Source of the DNA: Priapulus caudatus
Lineage: Eukaryota
DNA: 20,000 nt
NCBI RefSeq assembly: GCF_000485595.1
Contig: NW_014577069.1
Coordinates: 468,525 to 488,524 of the forward strand
Direction of reading: 5' to 3'
The notes under the pieces were generated by a model that worked only from the letters and a program-made list of their open reading frames with translations, was not told where the DNA came from and did no database searches. Made by a program: the position numbers and the translations under genes. Shown here in pieces: positions 11,454 through 20,000 of this stretch (position 1 is the first letter of the stretch; every line of letters begins with the position of its first letter).

Positions 11454-12664
11454 CTTCCTCTCTACAGACGTGTCCACTTCTGATCTCACAATAGTCACTC
11501 CATTTTCTATATATGTTGTCCGGCAACCTGACCAGTATTAGTCTAGTAGCTGTATAGACAGCAACGGCCCTTTTTTTTACAGATTGCATGCACTACGGGT
11601 AAAATGTTTGGATATTTTCCCCAAGGTGATAGTTGGAGGGTATTCACACTCACTAGTTCTACGAAATGCGAGTTTCGTTATTTCTCAACTGTAATAACTT
11701 AATTGCAGCCACTGTTGATTAGACTTGTTTCGTATACGACTATGTCGTTAAAATATTCAAAAACGTTATTTGGTATATTATATTCACTTTGTGTATTAAA
11801 AATAGGACCAAGTATGAAGTTTGGGAGCAGTTCGCATTGTTTTGAGGTACGGGGATGATTCCATGGGTAACCAGAGGAAGGGGATATATGGTTACCTATT
11901 GTAGGTAAACGTTGATATTATACTCTGTAACCTTTGCAACTGCCACTTTGTTAAACTGAATTGTTCCAATTTCCCAGACGCTTCTAGTAGCATGGTTATT
12001 AGTTTCATATGTCAGTTGCACAAGACAAAATTTTGAACTCTTGACTGCTAGACAATTCTTGGATTTCAGGAGAGCTCGGTAAGAATATGTATAGAGACTA
12101 CCAATACTGCACATGCTGTAGCCACTTCTAATGCCAGTGCCAACTCTAGAAACAGCTGGTGCTGAGAACACGGACAATACCTAGCAAATAAGTTTGCACT
12201 TATTTACCAAAGCAGCTCGGCATAGATATAGTGTTTGATGATCTACCATGAACTGTATACCAGGTATAGGTCAACCTTATAGTAAGTAGATCATGACAAC
12301 CTAGTTTGCCATGAGACGTTGTTCTTCTTACTGTCAATGTGATCTCTCCAGGTTGTCAAGGCCAAGCAGGTGTGGTAACGGTTGTTATGAGAATGTCGTC
12401 TTTTCTACCACAACGGTTAATATTGAGTTAGGAAATTCTCTAGTCAGCTCATGTTGCATAAGGATGTTATCTCTGATGTACTTACAGCTAGTAGGCCTCA
12501 AAAACATACTTTTTATAACCTGGGTCAGAAGGTTATAGCAACACATCTCAAGAACAAACGAGTTCAGTTTACTCCTAGCATGCTGCCAGCTAGGGGCAAA
12601 GTAAAATCATTCAATTTTTAGAATGCGTTCTGATTTTAACAAGCCCTATACACATGCTGTATAC

Positions 12665-15600
12665 CGTATATGCTATACTGGTTATAACACTTAAATAATT
12701 GTATATAATAGTGGGTATTATAAGGTATAATATAGAATTACTAGATACATTCCTGGACTAGATGTGTTACTAATATTCTTACCATGTTATTGTCATGTCA
12801 AATGCACAGCATGTTCTTGGGAATTTGCAAGTTCCATGATTAGCTTCATTATGCTTTTCCTTTTACAATGTGCATGTTCTCATTTTTCAGGTGCTACTAT
12901 TTAAGACTTTCAATGCATTCTTAAATCCTTGTGCATAATCTCACATCTGTTGTGTGCATTCAAAGAATATATGATATTTGTATGACACAAGTGTTTTGAT
13001 TTTGTTTTTACATAACTAGAAAGTTCTATACTATTTTGTCAAACCTTGATATCAGAGTTGATTAAAAAGATTTAAGTGAATAATTGCGACCAAATAACTT
13101 AATATATTTATTAATTAATTCACATCGTTATAAAAACTGAAACAACTTGAGAATTGAGTACTCGATCCTTATAGGGCTGCTGCTGAAACAACTTGAGAAT
13201 TGAGTACTCGATCCTTATAGGGTGGCTGCTATATGCTGCTGGGATGATATGTTGGTACTGCTGTCAGAGCTGAAACACTGTAAAACAATGGATATAAGGA
13301 GTAGTCATATGATACAATATAGATATTCAGAAATTTGAAATTCAGTATAAAATAAATTGGTTAAACTGCGAGCATGAAATACGAACCATTTAAAAGGAAA
13401 TGAATGAAAAAAAACTTCACCCGTGTCCCATTAAAAGCTCTGTATAAAATAACTCGGGTGTAATAAATGTCCTGCAACACCACAGTGAAACGTGCCATGT
13501 ATCTAAGGATCATCACGTGAAAATATAGATCAGTCCATATAAAAATATAATATAATATAATGATAATATAGTAGAAAGTTAATATAATATAATAGTAAAT
13601 AATATAAGAAATATAATAGTCCATATAATTGAAAGGTCCATATGAATCAGTCCAGTGTTGCATCTGGAATATTACAGCAGATTGGTTGTATTTAAAACTA
13701 AACTACTTTTTAGAATATATTTCATATACTACAGTGCAGAGTGCAATGAATCTATATAATAAAGAGTATTTTATAGATATATACTATATAAAGAGATTTT
13801 CAGATGCATTCCATAAATATCTAGAAATTCCAAAACTCTGTGCTGAATTGAAAATGTTTAAGTCAGTGTCTGCAGGTCTGTCTGATCATTTCAAAAACAC
13901 CTGAAATCTGACACTTCTAATTTAGGGCTCAAAAATCACACCAAGGATGGTTTTTCTCAGGGGATACAAATTCCTAATACGTGTGGATGAGGCAGTTCAG
14001 ACGTGACTAGATCTATTGCATGGAGTCAAAGACACAAGTTCTATTGGTTAATAATAAAAACTTGCCCCTCAATGCTTGAACGACCGTTGTTGACCTGGTA
14101 ATGTCTTTTTAGAATATTTATTAAATTTTCATATACGAACTGCTTAGTAGGCCTATAGGGGAAACCGTTTAGATAGAGCAAATGCTGTTTGCAAGAAAAA
14201 GCACAAATGCCAGTATTCTGCAAGTTCCATGACTTCTAAAAACAAAACCTGCTGCATCTGAAATTTGATACACCGTGAATGATTATAGTAAATACCTGCT
14301 GGTCTGACTGGATATAAGTAGGCCATCGGGCGTTTATCAACGTTGGCCGAAAATAGGAAGCCTGTACAACCACTGACTCCGCCCCACTCAGTAGAAAATA
14401 GCACCTGCAATAAATGAGAACATGTCACAACATCTCCTCCCACTCACAAACTACATTCCACAAAGTCACAAAGTCAAACATTACAATGTTACCTTCACTC
14501 AGCACTGGCTGCAAAATTCCTGTGCAGTTGCTACAAAACTGCTTTAAGACAGAGTGAACGGTCCACATTATCCAGCAGCAAGCATGATCCTACCACAAAT
14601 TACTGTTTGAGCGAACTAGTATGGCTTAGCTTTTGTACGTCGTAGACTACATAGAAACACTGTTGGCCTAACTGTGACCAGTAGTTAGGTGATTTGCAAA
14701 CGATACTAGATAAATGTTTAAGGTAGCTTTTAAGCCTGTTTATTGAGTTGTGCATTATAAATCGTAGGTAGGCTACTCTCACTTTGTACGAGTTGGCGTC
14801 CATGTTAAATGTGTCACCATAAAAACGCTAGTAGCGGCCACTGGCGTAAATTTAAGCAATAGCCCCAGTCACTCGCGCAGTAAGCATGTACTGGGTTACA
14901 GCATAGATAAAGCCAGTGAATGCCAACTTTTCCAATTTCCAGTGTGTCTTACTCCTCTCCTATTATTATTTACTCCAGCTATAATGTACCTTGGGAACGT
15001 GGGCAGCATCCTGGACTGGGCAGGGAGCAGGTAGAGTGCAGAGAAGCTGCGCCGTAGTGAGACTCCATGCTCTGGTGAAGCCATCTGTTCCAACTGCAAC
15101 ACATTGTAAATAACACCATTCTACACTGTGCCCAATGTAATAGCTCTAAACTCGTACCGACGTGATAATTTATGCTTGGTTTGAGCTTGATACCTCTACG
15201 TTATACATTTAAGCAGTTGATGATATCGAGTCAATGGGTGGGGCGTAGCATTCATATAAATTATCGTGAGATTTCATCCAGTCTTTGACTAATTCTAAAT
15301 TTTGGTCAACCTACATCACTATTGGTGGGTAAAGCTTAAAATATAAGAGCTAGATGGCACTGTATGGGCATAAACCTGCATAGACGATGTTGGCGGTGTC
15401 ATCAACATGAAATGGCAGCCCATGGTAATCGTTCTCATGACCATGAAACTCTTGCATCACTTTCCGCATGCGAACATCCCAGCGTAGAATCTGAAATAGG
15501 ACAAACCAGCCACTATTAAAGCCTGCTCATTTACCATACCACGCATCTATTTAGTGGTCCAGTTGGGGGATATTACACATAAAAGAGATTAAGACATAAC

Positions 15601-16858
15601 ATAACATGGGCTATACTATTAACATATACATACTATAGTACATATATATGTTCATGGCCAAACTGTACACTGGAGGCTACAACTGTGCGACAAAATACCA
15701 CTACACAAATGGCCATAATACACTGCAGAAATCAAACATTCACACAAAAACTGTTGGACTTGATTAATGTAAAATTTCAACATCGAACGTATTAATGGCA
15801 GTTCCGTACTCCTCCATCATAGTCTCCTGTCAGTATATAGTTGGGATCTGGTTGCATTCTCATGCAGCATACGCCCACATTTGCTCCCTGGTACCTGTCC
15901 ATAAAAACATTTGCCCTTTATACTGTGTCATCATTCATGTATTGTTGCCTTACATTACATCCAGGTACATCCTTTACCATTACAATGAAAAAATATGCTG
16001 ACAACGTAAAACAGACGGAAACTGTAATCTTATAGTCCTGAGTAACTGAAACTAAATCACTCTTCTAGTTCTACATTGTGTGACAGGCAGCTCTACACGA
16101 TGCATCTTAATTGCTGGCTTATAAAATACTTGTTTGAAATATATCATTACTTATTTTACATGTGGTAGTCAGTTTTCCTCAAACACATTTACATATCTTT
16201 AACATTATAAAATAGAGAATCGGTGGTCAGGGTTCTGCCAAGGATTTTTTAGTGCCGGGCGCATCCAGTGTCGCAAGATGCAAGCGCCGTAGGCGCGAAG
16301 CCAATCTAGGGGGGTCCCGGGGCATGCCCCACCGCAAATTTTTTTATTTTGGATAGTCTGAAACTCAATTTCCTGCATTCTGAGCATGAAAAAGCCCATA
16401 TATCAGACTGACAAACAGGGGTTTTAGAGGACAAAGTGCAATATCTGAGATTATCATTTATCAACAGCTTGGATATACATAGAAAAGAGAAAACAGTACA
16501 ATTTGTGTAGGCAAATATTTGCTACTATTAAACATGATAGCCAGGCTAATGCCAGTCACAGTTCCTGTCAGACTGACTGCTTCAGTTCCAAACAAATGGA
16601 CACAAACTACAGTGTATTTAGTCTACGATTCTTTGCCTTTTTTTCTTTTTCTTTTTTTTAAATTAGTGCCGGGCGGAGATAACCGACTCGTTTATAGTGC
16701 CAGGCAGCAACCGCGAGTGCCGGGCACACCCGCCCACCGCCGCCCACCGTGGGCAGAACCCTGGGTGGTTATCCAGAGTTGTGTAGATGGGGCATCATGG
16801 TTTGGCTTGGTGCAGCTGGTTGAATCATCCTCACCTTAGCTGGCACACTGGCCTCTCA
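12665..16858 (+). repeat. Direct duplicate, copy B, of 1-3731 (with a 536-bp insertion)
   Basis: Same sequence as 1-3731, and the ORF track shows matching ORFs in both copies. Confidence 0.97.
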
Positions 16859-18021
16859 AGTTCCCTAGTGTCAACACAGAAGACCCGACCATCCTTCAAG
16901 CCAGAGTATAGCAGGTTCCCATTCTGAAGACAAGAAACTAACATTTACGAAGTTCATACGATTTCTGATTATTCTAACACCGGGTAGCTTTTTTTTAAAC
17001 TTATTTTCCTTTTCTCATACTTATCTAATATGGTTTTCAGGCATCACACACAGCAATCCTAATACGAGACCAAATATTAGCCTTCCACTCGGTTTAATTC
17101 ATATCCAATACTCTCTCCACCTGTACACGACTAGAACATATACCTCGTTAAACAACTGTGAGTGTACGGAACGTCCTCTCAACGCTTGTATGCCCTGCTT
17201 AGCATTGCTCGTCACATCATACAGTATCACGGGCAGCTTCATCACCGCCTCCCACGCACGCCGACGAGCCGAGCTTTGTGCTGTATGCGTGGACGTGCGA
17301 CAAGGCGAGGGGCACCACGCTCACACTGAGAGACTTTGCGCTGAATAGCGTCCCCGAGTGGCGCGCGTCCGTTACGAAGATGAGGCATCTGCAGTCGCTG
17401 GTGGGAGTGTGGAAGGATCGACAGCCCCTGGTGTCGGCCGCTCGCCCAGCCGCAGGAACTGCAGCCTGCTCAGCATCATGCCGCTCAGCCAGGCGGCGAC
17501 CTCGCGGCCGCGCATGCCGCCGGTCGGCCGCAGCCAGCGGTCGGGCGACAGGTCGTAGTGCGAGAACCACAGTGGCCGGTTGTAGGCTACCGCGAGCCGC
17601 TTGCTTGCCGCGCTGCACGCGATGTCGTGGATCTCCGTGTGGCCCTGAAACGCGTCGACGGCGGCCGTCGCGAGGGATGCCTGCACGTAGGTGGATGGGT
17701 TCAGCATGGCTAAGTGGGAGGCGCGAGTCAGCGACCTGTACACGTCGCATCTGTAGGCGCCGAGCTGGTTATTGCTGGTTAGGGTCACCACGTTGCAGCC
17801 CTTCGCCAAGGCTCTTGTTCTGCGCACGCCCGCAATGCCACGGAGGCCGGCCTCGCGTGCCATCCCACCCCGGGGTCTCCATTCGCTCACGGCCTCCTGT
17901 CGCTTCTTCTCCCGCTGTTTCTCTAACACCCGCTGAGACGTGAAAGGATTTACGTTGTTGTGCCCTGGTAGCATGCGGTAGTATCGTTTCTTTTCTGGGT
18001 CATAGTAAAATCCAGGTATGT
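14153..18021 (-). CDS. DCAF4: DDB1- and CUL4-associated factor 4 (WDR21)-like WD40 protein, 5' incomplete. Exons (minus): 18021-17144 (contains two in-frame stops), 16923-16835, 15894-15810, 15490-15376, 15093-14990, 14404-14153 (3' end uncertain)
   Basis: DIPGFYYDPEKKRYYRMLPGHNNVNPFT resembles DCAF4 ELPGFYFDPEKKRYFRLLPGHNNCNPLT. Later exons give NGNLLYSGLKDGRVFCVDTR, VCCMRMQPDPNYILTGDYDGG, ILRWDVRMRKVMQEFHGHENDYHGLPFHV (WDxR/DWD motif), VGTDGFTRAWSL and VLFSTEWGG, collinear with the DCAF4 C-terminus. GT-AG junctions have consistent phases. Confidence 0.85.
16228..16763. mobile_element. Non-autonomous TIR DNA transposon (MITE, hAT-like), 536 bp, in a DCAF4 intron
   Basis: 12-bp perfect TIR CAGGGTTCTGCC/GGCAGAACCCTG. 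TSD GGTGGT at 16222-16227 and 16764-16769. Empty site with a single GGTGGT at 3637-3642. Subterminal AGTGCCRGGC repeats at 16251, 16665, 16696 and 16716. Confidence 0.93.
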
Positions 18022-18532
18022 CTGCAACCAAATTGCAAATTATCACACACAGTCACGAATACCAGTACTACGATTACTATTGTTGCACAGCATGAATATA
18101 AACCAGTCTAGTTACTGCTACAATAAGTTTTACATGTAGAAAACAGATAAGATTATGTAACGCAGCAGAGTGCTCTAACTTGGTATGCTCTAGTGGTGGA
18201 GTATGCTACCCAGGGCCATAAGTAGTAGGCAGGGGGTGAAGGGTGGGCAATTTGACTCCCCCTCCAGACCTTATTAATTGGCAGTGCCAATGGAGAACTG
18301 CCCATGGTCAACTTTCCAAAACGCAAACCGTGGCATGGTTCCCCCAGGCAAAATCAGTAAGTGGTTTCGTATCTAGTAGGTCTACACCACACTTTTATCA
18401 TTGGTGTAAATAAGTTTGGTTTACATCGGCAATTGCGCAACGAGTTACAATGCTGAATCTGGATGTGGACATTTACTAACACGTGCTCCCACTCTCTCAA
18501 CTAAATAGCTGTGTGATTAGCATACCGTATCT

Positions 18533-18640
18533 ATAGCTCTAGTACTATAGCCCGCCTACATTAACTGCCGCTGGCATCCACACGCATTAACCCGCTGGCC
18601 AGCGGCAGTTAATGTAAGCGGGCTATAGTACTAGAGCTAT
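18533..18640. repeat. Hairpin with 43-bp arms (18533-18575 and 18598-18640, 1 mismatch) and a 22-nt loop
   Basis: Direct reverse-complement comparison of the two arms. Confidence 0.92.
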
Positions 18641-19331
18641 GGCGTATCCAGAACGTGATGACCAGGAGTGCGAAATGTGCTTGGACTGCCGCAGGCAGGC
18701 CTGCATGCTGTAGGCACGCCAGTGCTAGGGGGGTCTGGGGGCATGCTCCTCCAAAAAATTGTGAAATATTTAAGCCATTTTCCTGCAATCTGAGGCATAC
18801 TGTGGGCCATATTCTGATGTCTGATGACACTATCTCAACCCTAGACTTAACCATACAATTTAGGATTTAAACCACTTTTCATGACTTTCCAGAGAGCGTA
18901 CACACCTGAGGTTAGGTTACTATAGTAATAATACATGTATTAAAACACAGGTAAGAATTGCAACACAAGATAACTTAATAAGTCCTTTAACATGTTTAAT
19001 GGCACTAAAAAGGAAACACACTTGATCATGTTGATGATCAGCTCCGATTGGTACACAGGTCAGGGTGAGAACTCAGTGTGACAATTAGCCCTACTAATAA
19101 TTGCCACTGAGATGTTCAGGCCTGTGTTCAAGATTGTGTGTTCGGGTCCTTAAGCGTCCCCCATGGGGTTTGCCATTAGCAACCTTCGAGGCTTCCTTCT
19201 GATGAAGATGTTGACCACCTTAAATCCATTTGCAAAGGGAGGTCCTTGTGGAGCAACAGAATTTTTTTCTGGGCCTGCAAACGGGGGGGAGGGGGCATAC
19301 GCCGGCTCCGCCTATGCTGGATACACCACTA
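18638..19331. mobile_element. Probable older MITE
   Basis: Imperfect TIRs TA-TGGCGTATCCAG and CTGGATACACCACTA. Its internal GGGGGGTCTGGGGGCATGC core is shared with the 16228 element. No clear TSD. Confidence 0.6.
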
Positions 19332-19654
19332 GCTAGGACGTTGAGATTTCATTCAGTAGTCAGTCCTAGCTTTCAAGAGCATTAGACAAAGCTAATTCCT
19401 CTTTGCTGGGACTAAAGGCAGTAATTTTGTCACTTCATGTTCCCACATGTTCGTAGGCCAGGTTTTTTCACCTTACAAACCATGGCCGAGGTTAGATAAC
19501 TCACAGTAGTTATCTCTTAAAGTAGTCAGGACTAACCCTAACCTTTAGGGTGAATGCTGAACATGCTAAGCACTGGAACACCATGGGCCACAGAATCACG
19601 TACATCAGGAAACAACTATATATATAGACTATTATTACTGCATTATCTGTCATT

Positions 19655-19749
19655 AGTACTACTATTACTAGTATTAGTACTACTACTTCTACTTCTACTG
19701 CTACTGCTTCTGCTGCTGCTGTTGCTGCTGCTGCTGCTACTGCTACTGC

Positions 19750-19795
<46 letters not shown>

Positions 19796-19828
19796 ACTGC
19801 TACTACTACTACTACTACTACTACTACA
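19655..19828. repeat. Compound (CTA)n/(CTG)n trinucleotide microsatellite
   Basis: Visible triplet repeats. They explain the poly-Leu and poly-Ala/Val ORFs. Confidence 0.97.
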
Positions 19829-20000
19829 GTAGTGTACTCAATATCGTGCCATAGTTGGTCCAACAACATTCAGCCAACCACTTATCAACCATGACCATGC
19901 CAGCAAAATGCCAATGTTGGCCCATTGGCTGCATGCTATCTGGATAGTATAGCCGTATAGGTGTGTGGCTCTACTGGTGTAGCCTCTTCGCTCCTGCTTA

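Noticed and set aside
11855..11899. Stem-loop (GGTAACCA/TGGTTACC) preceded by ATGA, downstream of GALNT11, as a SECIS
   Set aside because: The geometry does not fit a SECIS and the GALNT11 CDS has no internal UGA.
11896..12538. Short ORFs between the convergent genes
   Set aside because: No recognisable domain or supported splice context.
14600..14882. Possible decayed MITE (TACTG...CAGTA ends) and its 67-aa ORF
   Set aside because: Terminal similarity is too weak to support, and the ORF end differs between the two copies by an indel.
17321..17323. In-frame TGA in DCAF4 (V*AWCP, reminiscent of SCAWS) read as selenocysteine
   Set aside because: A TAA lies 17 codons upstream in the same frame, I saw no convincing SECIS, and DCAF4 is not a known selenoprotein.
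17281..17375. GTAACG...CATACAG intron that would remove both stops
   Set aside because: It is 95 nt, so it shifts into a frame that stops at 17217. The acceptor context is also weak.
17278..17943. 221-aa antisense ORF opposite DCAF4
   Set aside because: A shadow ORF of GC-rich coding sequence with low-complexity Arg/Ala/Ser content and no ATG start.
19510..19869. Poly-Leu and poly-Ala/Val ORFs
   Set aside because: They are translations of a microsatellite.

Overview
Eukaryotic, AT-rich, intron-containing DNA, probably from an invertebrate animal. It holds a complete 10-coding-exon polypeptide N-acetylgalactosaminyltransferase gene on the + strand (GALNT11/pgant35A-like, 6123-11453, 642 aa by my splice reconstruction, with a probable GC-AG intron). 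A convergent DCAF4/WDR21-like WD40 gene lies on the - strand (exons 18021 to about 14153, first exon not found), and its largest exon has two in-frame stops. Bases 1-3731 are a near-identical second copy of 12665-16858 that ends mid-exon at a 10-N gap, most likely an alternative haplotype or assembly duplication. That copy exposes the empty site of a 536-bp TIR element with a 6-bp target-site duplication. Non-coding parts hold several MITE/foldback-like inverted repeats, a perfect 42-bp palindrome and microsatellites. I found no convincing evidence of a new biological system. All homology calls are from recalled protein motifs, not database searches.
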